Below the pieces are notes generated by a model that did no database searches, was not told where the DNA came from, and was given only the letters and a program-made list of their open reading frames with translations. Shown here piece after piece: positions 52,601-64,000 of a DNA stretch of 64,000 nt. Source of the stretch: Owenia fusiformis (lineage: Eukaryota); NCBI GenBank assembly GCA_903813345.2, contig CAIIXF020000001.1, forward strand, positions 41,478,001 to 41,542,000, read 5' to 3'. The position numbers and the translations under genes are program-made. Numbering within the stretch: position 1 is the stretch's first letter; the number at the start of each line of letters is the position of its first letter.

Positions 52601-55600
52601 GCAAATATGTTCAAAATTAATGTACCTATATATTTAAATTCATTTATGTTCATGAATGACTAACACTGATCACTCAGGCAGAAAGGTATAATGTGATACC
52701 GTTGTAAAGAGGCAAGAATTATGATTGATGATGTCACATTTTATGCAAATGAGGCAATTTGCATAATTATTGTATCTGATAGTATAGGATACTATAAAAG
52801 CTTCATTTTGGTACCACTTACAGCTTTCAATTCTCAAAACTGTGGAAGTTATTGTACTTTGAAATAATTAACACCAACTCTTTCAAAAATTCAAGATGGC
52901 CGACAAGATGGCCACCAATGGATACCATGGGACAATTTTTCATTCTGGGAACATGCAAAAATCTTTAGTATGGAACTTTAGGATTACAAAAATGTACATT
53001 AAAAAAATACATCTTTCGGGTGCATGGGGACCATACCTTCCTACTAGACTATACCCTAGAACTTTCAACCACCATTGTTATTATCCTGGTTTCAAGTTTT
53101 CAATATGCATTCATTGTTGATAATCAATCAAACATTGTATTGTAAGTGAAATTCAGTCTCTATTTATAGAATTATTGAAGCTTTATTCTCCAATTGAAGA
53201 TGAATAATTTATTTTATCAATAGTGAGTAGTGACTCATTCTCACACTGTCATTAATTAGTAATTATCCCACCGAACAAAGTTCGAGGGGGATATAGAAAA
53301 GCCGTCCGTCCGTTCGTCCGTCCGTCCGTTCGTCCGTCCGTTCGTGTGTCCGGGCAATAACTCAAATACCGGTTGACAGATTTCATTCAAATTTTATAGG
53401 CTTATGCCTTATGGGTGTAGGACCTCTGCTCGAGAAGGAATTTTCAATATGGCCGCTTAATTCAAAATGGCGGCCATTTTTCGGAAAAAATATAATCTTT
53501 ATTAAATCAAATACTAGTGGATGGATTTGGTTCAAATTTTATATGCTGTTGCCTGGGTACAAAGGAGCCTTGCTCAAGAAGACATTTTCAAGATGGCCAC
53601 CAAATTTCAAAATGGCGGCCATTTTCGTAAAAATACGTTATATTTGATAACTCAAATACCATTTAATGGATTTGGTTCAAATTTTAGATGCTAATGCTTA
53701 GGGACATAGGAGCTCTGCTCGAGAAAGGATTTTCAAGATGGCAGCTAAATTTCAAAATGGCAGCCATTTTTCATAAAAAACGTTATCTTTGATAACTTAA
53801 ATACCATCGAATGGATTTGGTTTAAATTTTAGCAGCTGATGCCTAGGGACATAGGAGCTCTGCTCGAGAAAGGATTTTCAAGATGGCAGCTAAATTTCAA
53901 AATGGTGGCCATTTTTCGTAAAAAAACATTATCTTTGATAACTCAATTACCATTGAATAGATTTGGTTCAAATTTTACATGATGATACCTAGGGAGACAG
54001 GATTTCTGCTTCAGAAGGGAATTTCAAGGTGGTAGCTAAATTTCAAAATGGCCGCCATTTTTCATAAAAGAACGTAACCTTTGATAACTCAAATACCAAA
54101 TGACGGATTTGGTTCAAATTCTATATGCTGATGCCTAGAGACAAAGAAGTTCTGCTCAAAAATAAATTTTCAAGATGGCCACTGAATTTCAAGATGGCCG
54201 CCAATTTTCGTAAAAAAACGTAATTAATGATAACTCAAATACCAGTGGATGGATTTGGTTCCAATTTTATATGCTGATGTTTAGGGAAAAAGGAGATCTG
54301 CTTCAGAAGAAATTTCAAAGGCATTAGCTGGATTTCAAAATGACTGCCATTTTTCATTAAAAAAGTAATCTTTGATAACCCAAATACCATTGGATGGACA
54401 TTCTCTGCTAAAGAAGAAATCTAAAGATGACAGCTGAATTTCAAAATGGCAACCATTTTTCATAAAAACATAATCTTTGATAATTCAAATACCAGTGGAT
54501 GAATTTGGCTCAAATTTTTTATCAAAACATGTTTTGTTCGGTGGGATTTGCTACTCCGTGGAGTTGCTGTTTTTCTAGTTAACTGATTTATTTTAAGTAA
54601 TTAATCTGAAGTTCATGTAGCAAGCCCGTAGCCAGAATTTGCCAAGGGGGTTCACTTTTGAAAAATTCCAGAGGGGGGTCACTTTTGACACCTTTGGCCC
54701 AAAATGACCAATATACACTTGAAAGTGCTCAAAATGGTGAAAATTGCATGATTTTGACGAATTTTTGGCCAGGGGGTGGTTTGTTCGAACTACGGGCTAC
54801 GAGCCTGTGTAGTCTCAATTCTCTTGATCCCCCTTTATCCTCCTCACCTCTTTTTGATGCCATATGAGGTGTATAGTTGGGTCAAAGGGCTTGAAGCAAG
54901 ACTAAACTTTCATTTGTCTTTCAGGAGGTGATCAGGATCCAGCGAGAGTTTAAATTTTGCGCTGGCTGCTGTTGGTGTGCTAACTGCAACTGCTGTGCCA
55001 TGGAGATTGTAATTGAGTCCCCTCCTGGCCAGGTTGTTGGCTCAATGAAGCAAAGGTTAGGGTTTAATAATAGTACATGGAATTAAGAGGAGACCAATAT
55101 TTTGATATATACCCACAAGTAATTATGCCCAAGGAGATGTTTGATATCCACACATGGATACAAATGATATCCCTCATGCATAAGATGTCCTTTCATAATC
55201 ATTTTTTCTGTTTATTCTGTTTTTCAATGAATCACATTGAGTAACCTCTTAAAGTCTTTATTTTATTGATCTTGTTACATTATGTATTTTATGGAGATTT
55301 ATACCTTTTAAAAATTGAATAACTCAAATTCATAATTGAAATAAACTGAAATTATCAGCAATGAAATGAAATATCCCTGGAATTTTTCGAAATTATACGA
55401 GGGTTGATCCAAAAGTTCCGAACCGTTGGCTTTAAAAATCTTAATATCCAATGATTATTGTTCATATTTTGCCATAAACACCCCACATATAGTACTTTCA
55501 TTTTGTGTAAAAATAATCAATAAATCTGACCAGCAACATAGGTGTCTGGTTACCATAGCAACATGATCACAGGGTGGGTGGAGCTGGAATAAATTAAACT

Positions 55601-58304
55601 TTATTCCAAATTTCAGCAATTGAAGAGCTATTTCAGATCATTTCAACTCGTGGAGTTTCACCCCCATAAAATCTCATAAAAAAAGATAACTATAGCTTAT
55701 AAGTACATTCACCTTCAAAAAAAGTCACCACCATGTGCTACACATTTCCCACAGCGTTTCAACCAGTCCTGAAATACATGGTGAAGTTCACCTTTAGCTG
55801 TAGCATCAACGCTATCAGTAAATGCCTTGGATAAAGTCAACTTCATCATCAAAATGGATACCATGCAGTGGTGTATTGACCTCAGTAACATTTGAAAGTC
55901 ACATGGTGCCATATCAGGAGAATATGGTAGATGGGGCTCTAGTTGGGCCTGTAAGCACTCGTGTATTGCCTCTATTGTAACATTGGCTCTATTGGCTGGG
56001 GTATTATCATGGTGAAAATTCCCAAGGAGATCTGGTCGTTTTTTTCTCATGGCATCTTTAACATCTTCCTTCAGCACATGGGACACATTTTTAAACTGAG
56101 TAAGTGCCATACCTAATTTATTGACTCAAAATAGATCAGCATACCTCATAAAAGTAATCTAGTTTACAACTTAATAAATGAATGATATGGTTTTGTAACT
56201 GACTCTTGAATAATAAGCTCCATTGACGGTGACTCCAGTTACCACAGAGTAAACCAGGATAACTGTGTCGTACTCTTGCTCCACCTACCCTGTTGTCATG
56301 TTGCTATAGTAACCAGACACCTATGTTACTGGTCAATTCCATCGCTTATTTTTACACAAAATGAAACTACTATATATGGGTTGATCATGGCCAAATAAGA
56401 ACAATATTCATAAAGTATTAAGATTTTTAGAGCAAACGGTCAGTACCTGCAAGTGGATACAACAGGAAGAAATCTGGTATAAGTCTGAAATTATTTAACA
56501 ATGCATATCGAAAATATCTTGAGTATTCATTATGTTTACAAAATGTTTACTCAACGGTATATTATAACAACTGATGATAAAATGCCTGAATACTTTTGAT
56601 TTTAGCTGCAGTTCATGGGTCCCAAAGTATGATATCATGGATGCTAATGAGCAGGTCATATTCAATGTTACTGGACCTTGCTGTGTCTGTGATGGGCCTT
56701 GCTGTACCGCAGACCAGGAATTCTTGGTAAGTATTCTTCTGGTACTAGCCATCATTTTTGTGACCATTGTTTCCAGTTTTGTTTCTGTATAATTGTTATA
56801 TTTTTCAAGATGTCTCATTTAGTTCCGTAGCCCTGAACTAAATGTTGATGCTACATATGCAGTATGGTTATGATTTGCTTGTTTGAATAATGGAATTCTT
56901 TTTTGGTAGCAATAGCTTTTTCATTTTGAAAGTAATTGTGCAATATAATCAGATGCCAATATTAAGAGAAAAAATAGCATTACATGTATCTCATATATAG
57001 AATGAGGTGTATAATTCAAGGGTAAAAATCTTCAAATTGTCAGTAGAAAGATGACCCATTATGATTTGTATATCACACAGATTGGTGGTAATAAACCTCA
57101 TTGACAGATTTAACAGATTTTTATTCTATTTCAGGTGACATCCCCAAGTACTGGATCAGAGGTGGGGAAGATCAGTAAACAATATGCTGGCTTTGCAAAG
57201 GAAATGTTCACCTCTGTGGCCAACTTTGGAGTTTCATGTAAGTTTTGAAACAATGAAAAACATTTCAGCCATTTGGATAGTGACAGTGTTCAGGGGCGTA
57301 GCCAACTTTCGATCAGATCAGGGGGGTGCGATCGCCAAAAAATTTTGGTATTCAGTCAGGGGTTGCGATTTTGGCATAAACCAAAAAATAAGATTTATTT
57401 TGAATATTACAAAAATTGATGCAACTTCCTTCAAACTTGAGCTAGAGTTGTTAGGATTGCACCCATCGCACCCCTGGCTACGCCTATGGTGTTGTGCCAC
57501 TATAGGTTTAGGGTATGAGTTGTATATATGAGGTGAGGGTTTAGAGTAGGCTGAACCACTAATAACCACCCAAGTTCTTTTCCAGCTTTCTGATAATTTG
57601 TAGAGAAAAAAATAAAATCTCCGATCACTCAAATTGAACCAACTCTTTAACCAACATAACAATTCCAATAATTTCAGTTTCACTAAACATTTATTCACCA
57701 TTATTGGAATCATCCTCTGAATGCAGGAGTGTATGGATCATTCACGCTGTCTGATTTTTGGCATCAATTTGGAGATGTATTCATGCAAATAAGCAGTTGA
57801 TTCAATCTTGCTGTTGGTTATTTCTAGGTGCCAAACATAACATACCGTTAGGTAAATGCTTCCCAGTCATACATAAAATGTACATGCTCGTGAGATAAAA
57901 TATGAATACATGTTATGTACTTTGTTTCAGTTCCCATGGACTTGGATGTCAGAATGAAAGCTGTGATGATTGGGGCTACCTTCCTCATTGTAAGTTTGAT
58001 TATGATTTGCACTAAATTTTACACAATTGCTTTCATTAAGTGGATGGGTTAAAAGACACTTTTGTTTATGTAAATGTAAGGTTTCCATTTAAGATTGCAA
58101 GGGGGGTTATTTTAAGGCATTCAATGGGGAAATGCACATAGCAAACAAAAACACCCTAGTATTGCATCATTTGAGTAAAGTAGCATTGGATTATATGCAT
58201 TAGTCTTATTGTGTAAAATTCCTGTCTTAATTAAAAGAACTAATACTATTCTACACATATATTTTCAGGACTTCATGTTCTTCGAGAACAAGAACAACAG
58301 CTAA
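34606..58304 (+). CDS. PLSCR: Phospholipid scramblase (PLSCR family), 271 aa. Exons 34606-34681, 39997-40131, 45803-45957, 54925-55055, 56606-56726, 57135-57237, 57931-57989, 58269-58304
   Basis: AG/GT boundaries with consistent phases. Pro/Gln-rich N-terminus, [63 protein letters not shown], Cys-rich palmitoylation-type segment, [38 protein letters not shown]. The first coding exon is less certain than the rest. Confidence 0.92.
34849..35242 (+). mobile_element. Short Helentron/HINE-like element
   Basis: 5' ttatcctcgtgaacaaagttcagtagggatat plus (gtca)n. The 3' end gggatttgctactctgtggggttgccaatttctagtt matches the 3' end of 53262-54580. Confidence 0.75.
35982..36138. mobile_element. Small degenerate GC-ended MITE (Harbinger-like); relatives at 54621-54807 and 57291-57488
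   Basis: Shared cagg...cgtagcc / ggctacg...cctg type ends in several short copies. The superfamily is inferred only from the end pattern. Confidence 0.5.
36358..36925. mobile_element. Kolobok-like MITE
   Basis: TTAA|agggtaac ... taaccct|TTAA, i.e. a TTAA TSD with RR...YY termini. Confidence 0.6.
40683..40749 (-). pseudogene. Degenerate tRNA-like sequence (tRNA pseudogene or SINE head)
   Basis: The - strand has A-box-like gtagtagttagc, a ctgcc...ggcag stem and B-box-like ggttcaaatcc, but no intact acceptor stem. Confidence 0.3.
41264..43615. mobile_element. Non-autonomous TIR element (CCC...GGG ends, 2-bp TA TSD; EnSpm/CMC-like)
   Basis: 44-bp perfect TIR cccttataaaaaattcaaccttgaaagtccgaatttaaaccgtt. 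Subterminal aaccattg/caatggtt motifs and an internal ~21-bp tandem x4 at ~42720-42810. Confidence 0.85.
46936..47391. mobile_element. hAT-type MITE
   Basis: TIR tagtgttgtcgcgat ... atcgcgacaacacta, perfect 8-bp TSD atatgtac, and catcg/cgatg subterminal motifs. Confidence 0.9.
49530..51300 (-). pseudogene. Decayed non-LTR retrotransposon of the restriction-like-endonuclease type (HERO-like)
   Basis: RT motifs CFIPKE...QFR.SLL..EGKIF, SIQK.G.P and YRAFMDDIT. Post-RT W.DLW.M...FLLR...TPSN..LWGKEE...CPKC. RLE motifs [10 protein letters not shown] and GW....PIEVGCR. Many frameshifts. Confidence 0.75.
51577..52095. mobile_element. MITE with 9-bp TSD, nested in the Academ-like element
   Basis: TIR cccagggggttcact ... 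agtgaacccctggg and perfect TSD tattttaca. A related end is at ~33850. Confidence 0.8.
53262..54580 (+). mobile_element. Helentron/HINE-like element with ~8 copies of a ~146-bp unit
   Basis: 15-bp subTIR atcccaccgaacaaa / tttgttcggtgggat, (gtcc/gttc)n microsatellite, unit landmarks at 53645/53790/53937/54082/54229, 3' hairpin actccgtggagt and a ctagtt end. Confidence 0.88.
55398..56445 (-). mobile_element. Decayed mariner element with ~190-bp TIRs; transposase C-terminal remnant at 55715-56110
   Basis: TA|cgagggttgatccaaaagtt start, arms ~55425-55585 vs ~56277-56441 inverted, and motifs HHDNTP and [11 protein letters not shown]. Confidence 0.85.
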
Positions 58305-60450
58305 TTTCCATATATGGACTCGATCGAGAAACAACCAGGCGATGTCTTATGATAGATTCTGAATTGTGTTTAGGATAACATTTTATTTCCTTTCATATGA
58401 ATTGACTTTTTTAACTTGACTATTTTTACTGACTATTTTTACTCTTCATAAATTGAGACACGAGAGGTCCAGAGATCCTTTGAGGGGTCATTTATTCTTA
58501 ATCTGAATAAAAACATTACTACAGCTGTATCTTTAAATGGGTAATTAGGTTCCTCTATGATTATTCAATTGGCTACATCATGATCCCCTATTTTTTATGA
58601 GTACCCAAGCAAGCTTTGCCATTCTTCCATGAGTACCTAATCCTTTTTTTACAATGAATTATATTTGTTACTATACTAGCCTTTTGTGATATTGTGAAAC
58701 TTCAGGGGAGAGTGTTGAAAGTCAGGACATGTTAATCTGTACAAAATCCAATGAAATACACTATACTCTACCATATAAAATATTATATATAGGATGTACA
58801 AGGTGACGTGTAATTTGCATACATGCAAATACAATACATCCAGTAGATTAAATTATCACCTATTTTTATATTCTTGGTAGCATATTTTAACTATGTTTGT
58901 AATAGAGTATTCCTATATTTTTTATTTTAATCATCTCTATCCGCTGAATTTTGAATTGTAAACTTATATTTTATAGTGTACTATTATATTCATGTGTACT
59001 TTTGTATGATTATTCTCTCTTAGCAGTCTAAATCATTTCACTGTATTTGCAAGTGTGATCTGATATTCTAAGAGAACATGTGATATCTCATCCTCAGACT
59101 CAAAGATTGTGCTTGAAATATATTGTCCTTAGACAGCTAAGAGTAATCTTAATCATCAACAGTTCGTAAACAGATATTAATGTTTGTATAAATGTTTTCG
59201 TAGATATGATATTCTAATGAGACTAACATTGCTGCCCTTCAAAATCTTGTTGTATTAAATGAGCGAATGTCTGATATACTTCTTTACTTTCTGTATTTTA
59301 TTCAGAGTTCTATTTATTTCAAGTGAGGAGATCATATTTTTATACTGCTTTTTAGGTGCAGAGTAAAAACAATCGTCCATTTAGCACTGCCTTACTGTAG
59401 TTCCATGAGTAATTTTTATGAAATTCTAACAATGTTTCTGTCATTTGACATGTTTAATATTACATTTAAAAAATATGAATCCTATTTCAAAGAAATAATA
59501 TTCTTGCTAAATAGGTTCATTATAAACCTTACACTGTAAATAGGAATGGCTTTTCTAGTTTAGGGTGGCAGACATATTATATTATATACACCCAGAGTGA
59601 CCATCTTAATGAATTCCAATGTTATCTTTTAATATCATCTCGTCTTACATTTTTGTCGTATAACACAAAACCGTAAAGGGGTTGGTGGGAACTAATTTAG
59701 TCTGTACTTCAGGTGTGTGAGTGATACAGGGTTTAATTCTAATTATTGTTTAATTACCTTAATGAGCTGCTTTGTATGGTAAGCTTTATTTAATAGAAGC
59801 ATTCTTCCATCAGTTTTAGTATTCTGAAAGGTTAATACTTGAAATGTGTCATGCTTTGTTTAGACTCTGGTTAAAATCATTGTAGGATATGGATTTTTCA
59901 TTGTAGAACTGCAAAAACAAGGCATTTTTCATAGCAAGAAAATAGATGTCATAGCAATGATGAATATTACCCAAACAAAATGTTTTATTCTATGGCAGAA
60001 AATAGTGCAAAACCATTTAAGTGAAACAGCTATTACAGAAACATAGAATGAAATATTGCTTTTTATTATTCCATTGTTATGGCCTGTTTTGCATTGTTAT
60101 GAGCTTTGTTTTGATTAAGGTTGGTCAAGTGTTGTCATTTATGTAAAGGCTTTCATAATTGTTATATCGGGTGGAAACAAGTTAAAAACCAACTTGGCCT
60201 ACCTTAAGAATAAGAATTAGCAAAGGATTGCAGTTAAGCTAAAAGTATAATAAGATCCAATTTCTTGAATTTCCTTTTTCATCTTTCTGTTATGTTTGAT
60301 GTACATAAAACTGTCTATTAAAGAGTGAAAAATAAATATTAGAACCAATTATACAATTACATCTTTTTTTCATTTAAACAACTCATTTTACCTGATGAGA
60401 AATATTAACTGATGACCTATTACTGTACTTAATGTGAAAATACTATCTAA

Positions 60451-61060
60451 TTGTGGCAAGTTTCTGCATGTGTTCATGTTACCTAATGAGATAATTTTAG
60501 CCAATGTGGCAATGTTACTACATGTGTTCATGTTACCTAATGGGACAATATTACCTGATGTGGCAATGTTACTACATGTGTTCATGTTACCCGATGGGAC
60601 AATATTACCTGATGTGGCAATAGCACTACATGTGGCTATGTTACCCAATGAGACAATTTTACCCATTGTGGCAATGTTACTACATGTGTTCATGTTACCC
60701 AATGGGACAATATTACCTGATTTGGCAATGTTACTACATCTGTTCATGTTACCCAATGGGACAATATTACCTGATTTGGCAATGTTACTACATGTTGCTA
60801 TGTTACCCAATGAGACAATGTCCCCTGATGGGACAATTTATCCAATGTGACAATGATATCATATGTGACAATATTACATGATACAACAATGATATCCAAG
60901 GTGACAATTTAACCCAATGTGACTGTTACCCAATATGAGAATACTACCTAATGAGACAATGTAACCCAATGTGACAAAACTACTTAGTGAGACAATTACC
61001 CAATGTGACAACATTACCCAATGAAAAAAATGTGACATTGTTACCCAATGTGACAAAAAC
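60451..61060. repeat. Minisatellite: 18-bp monomer (tgtgacaatgttacccaa-like) in a 54-bp higher-order repeat
   Basis: tgtggcaatgttactaca-tgtgttcatgttacccaa-tgggacaatattacctga repeated ~6-7 times to ~60820, followed by degenerate monomers. Confidence 0.9.
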
Positions 61061-61241
61061 TGTGAAGACAACCCAATGCATCAGTCGCAAAGAAGACTAA
61101 ATGAAGTTGGCAACATAAGTTTTCAGTATGTTATACACGAAGACCCATATACATGTAAATTGAATGCTTTAAGGATCAATTTCCTGAGACTGGTTGAAAT
61201 AATGAACATGTCGGTTAACATTAATGTATAACATGGGAGTA

Positions 61242-61425
61242 CAGTAAAACCTGTTTCATGCAAAAACCACTTGGACTAACCAAAAGACTGGATAAGCAGG
61301 TGTCCCCATTTTAAGGTTCTCTTAATATGAGACCGAGAAAAAATGTTCACATTGATAAGTGTTCGATAAGACAGGTGGTCAGATATGCAAGTTTAAAGAG
61401 ACGTTCACATACGCAGGTTTTACTT
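61242..61425. mobile_element. Small pogo/Tigger-like MITE remnant
   Basis: TA|cagtaaaacctg ... caggttttact. Confidence 0.5.
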
Positions 61426-61729
61426 TGTCATGTCAAACAATCATTGTTTTATTCAATGGTTTAATGTTGCCGATGGGCAATGTTAATGTTCATCAGTCCA
61501 TAATGGGGTCAAATACATCACTTACCTGTGATTGAATATATTCTTCAACAAGACTTATACTGTTGCATTAAAACAGAAAACTAAACAAACATTAGGCCTA
61601 CAATAATTATAGACAATACAAAAAATGTATGGAGGTATCTAGTCATGAGAACGATAATTGAATGATTAAGTACATGTTAATTATTTTTGGAGTTTCTGGC
61701 TGTGCAAAACATGAACTAGAAAATGGATA

Positions 61730-63007
61730 ATGATGAGATTTCTTTGTAGATTTTCATTTTCGAACTGTATTTGGATGATTCTGATTGGGGCTTGTATGAT
61801 AATGTTAATATACTTAAGGATGGATATTGATATAAGGACAGATATCGATGAAAGGAATGGTATTGGTGTAAAAAAGGGTATTGATATTCGATTTAGGAAG
61901 GATAAAGAAGAAATGATGGCTTTAGAGGTACCCAAACTTCAAGAATATCAACACCAAATACAAACCCATATCAATGAAATCAGGAAGGAACACATTGAGA
62001 AAGTATGCAAAGAGAATCCATATTTACAACATCTGAAAGTGGACATGAAAAGAAACATTGCAGGACTGGAGATACCATTCATTTGGTGCAGAATCCCCAA
62101 AACTGGAACAACTACATTTTATAGGATATTAAAAACTATCAACATGGAATCAGAGGCTAAAATGATCAATCCATATGCTATTAAGGGTTTAGATGCTCGG
62201 GTTGATCAAGAGAAATATTTTCAAGAACTGAATACCTCACTTTATAAAGAAATTCAAAATTATACCAAAATTCTGATTACTCGAGATCCAATCTCCCGTC
62301 TAATATCAGCATATTTTGACAAATTCTTCAGTATTAAACCTCAGTTTTGGTGTCTTAATCGTGTAAAAGGCTTTCAGATGAACAGAACTCAGGAATCTCC
62401 CAGATATTGTCCAGCATGTAATATTACATTTACTGACTTTCTAGGCTTTATTGCGAATGATACCGAGGACTTTGATAACATTCACTGGACCCCTATGTAC
62501 AAACTGTGCAACCCATGTGGATTAATACAATATGATATTATTAGTTATTTAGAAACATACAAACAAGATGTGTTATATTTCCTCCATGAAATCAATGCCC
62601 ACATTGAAAGTCCTTTCAAGTATATGTCTGATGAAGAAACTGATTTGGATATTATAGCCAGAGAAGTGGACATCTTAACACTTAATGCAAATGAAGCATT
62701 TGAAACATGTGGATATACAATGAAATATTTGATAGCTCGTGTGTTCAAGGGTTTAGTATCCAAGGGTGTGATAAGCCAGGATGCCTTACTCCCTTACCTT
62801 GGGGAGCCTGATGTATATTACACCAGTGAAAACATAAAACACCTTCTCACCAATGTGTATCTCAGCTATAAAGGATATAAAGTGACACACAAACAACTGA
62901 GAAAAAACATGTTAAAAGATATACCTGATAAAATATTAGATAGGATTTTTGACATCTATAAGTATGATTTTGAAATGTTCCAATTTGACACCAGTATTAA
63001 AAAATAA
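61730..63007 (+). CDS. CHST: Carbohydrate sulfotransferase (CHST8-14/HNK-1ST family, Sulfotransfer_2), 425 aa, single coding exon
   Basis: N-terminal type II transmembrane segment, 5'-PSB WCRIPKTGTTTF, 3'-PB RDPISRLISAYFDKF, HWTPMYKLCNPC and C-terminal IYKYDFEMF. Confidence 0.93.
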   Translation: MMRFLCRFSFSNCIWMILIGACMIMLIYLRMDIDIRTDIDERNGIGVKKGIDIRFRKDKEEMMALEVPKLQEYQHQIQTHINEIRKEHIEKVCKENPYLQHLKVDMKRNIAGLEIPFIWCRIPKTGTTTFYRILKTINMESEAKMINPYAIKGLDARVDQEKYFQELNTSLYKEIQNYTKILITRDPISRLISAYFDKFFSIKPQFWCLNRVKGFQMNRTQESPRYCPACNITFTDFLGFIANDTEDFDNIHWTPMYKLCNPCGLIQYDIISYLETYKQDVLYFLHEINAHIESPFKYMSDEETDLDIIAREVDILTLNANEAFETCGYTMKYLIARVFKGLVSKGVISQDALLPYLGEPDVYYTSENIKHLLTNVYLSYKGYKVTHKQLRKNMLKDIPDKILDRIFDIYKYDFEMFQFDTSIKK

Positions 63008-64000
63008 TAAAAAACAATAGTTTGTATGTACACTCCCCTCCAAAAGCTTAGCAACACATCCTCCCATTTGGAGATTGATGTAAAATTACATCTACGAATC
63101 TTTTCATTGAAAATGTGACTTCTAGGTCAGGGAAACTCCCCATCCTATCTTATAACTAGACATGACATCATTTCAAAATCAGTCATTGGAAAGTATGTTT
63201 CATTCAAGTGGTCATTGTCACACATTTTGTAACGCGATAGCAGAGCATTTTAGTAAGGAAGGATTGTTGGCTTGAAATTAAAAGAACTTGGAATTGAATC
63301 TCAAACTCTAGATCATGTAACCAACCTGTGTAAGGGTTTAGGGAAACATCACTAGTGTATCAAAGTTTTAAGTTTTTCATTACAGGATGAGGGTATTCAT
63401 AATAAATCTTCTTGTGTTCAATCCATCATTGGGTGTTGGGCTTCACTCACCAGCGCTTATGTGCATTTCACACCAAAACACAAACGGTAAGTGAACTCTA
63501 CACAATCTACATGTTCGCAAAAAATAAAATACTGTTTGAAAAATTCTCTAACATCTTTCTCAAAATTTTAAAAGTATAGACTGTGCGCTTGCGGAGCTAT
63601 TCACACACATGGGGTTTGTCTTTAAATGGAACAAGTTTAGTAAATTATTAATTGGAGAGAAATCACAAAGCAAATTGTTGCCCCAAAAGTTGGGGAACAA
63701 GAAATATCGATGACAAAAAGTCTGCAAAAAGTCTTTAAACTCACCAAATTAAATAGTGTCAAGTTAAGCCAAGTCAAGGTATCAAGGGTGCCTTCAATAT
63801 TTGGGATAACCATATTTACTAAAAGAAACTGTATGCCTTGATTGCAAATATATACATGTGTTTGACTGTGGTATGTCAAGACATTCCTCACTTTCTTGTG
63901 CACCATGCCCAAAACATAAGTTTCAGAAATTCTCTCTATGATTTAAACAATTATATCTACAGTATTTTGTTTTAATTTTGATAATATAAAATAAACAAAA

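Larger units (their letters stand above)
47871..53051. mobile_element. Academ-like non-autonomous foldback element with ~354-372-bp tandem units in its TIRs
   Basis: TAG...CTA termini and 3-bp TSD TAC (47868-47870, 53052-53054). The left arm (47871-~49125, 3 units) is inverted against the right arm (~52150-53051, 2 units). Confidence 0.8.

Noticed and set aside
63031..63060. Tc1-like left end TA|cactcccctccaaaag
   Set aside because: No partner TIR was found within the window.

Overview
This is AT-rich, intron-containing eukaryotic DNA that looks like an invertebrate animal genome. It has no operons, rRNA or CRISPR. There are three host genes, all on the + strand: a multi-exon alkaline phosphatase (9 exons, 1768-20946; signal-peptide exon not found), an 8-exon phospholipid scramblase (34606-58304) and a single-exon carbohydrate sulfotransferase (61730-63007). 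Most of the remainder is transposon-derived. An intact, very young Ty3/gypsy LTR retrotransposon (4286-15388; 2032-bp LTRs, tRNA-Leu PBS, PPT, ATAT TSD, single 2267-aa Gag-Pol ORF) lies antisense in a phosphatase intron. Two Academ-type foldback elements have long TIRs built from ~360-bp tandem units. Also present are several Helentron/HINE-like elements, a decayed HERO-like non-LTR element, a mariner remnant and many MITEs, including a nested cluster at 22015-32610. The most notable observations are: the phosphatase's last codons and stop come from a HINE-like element, altering its GPI-type tail; the LTRs carry a hierarchical repeat/hairpin array; phosphatase introns contain decayed copies of their own splice junctions; and the scramblase has lost two Ca2+-motif aspartates. 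Everything was read by eye with no alignments or database searches, so family names are motif-based. I found no evidence strong enough to claim a new biological system.
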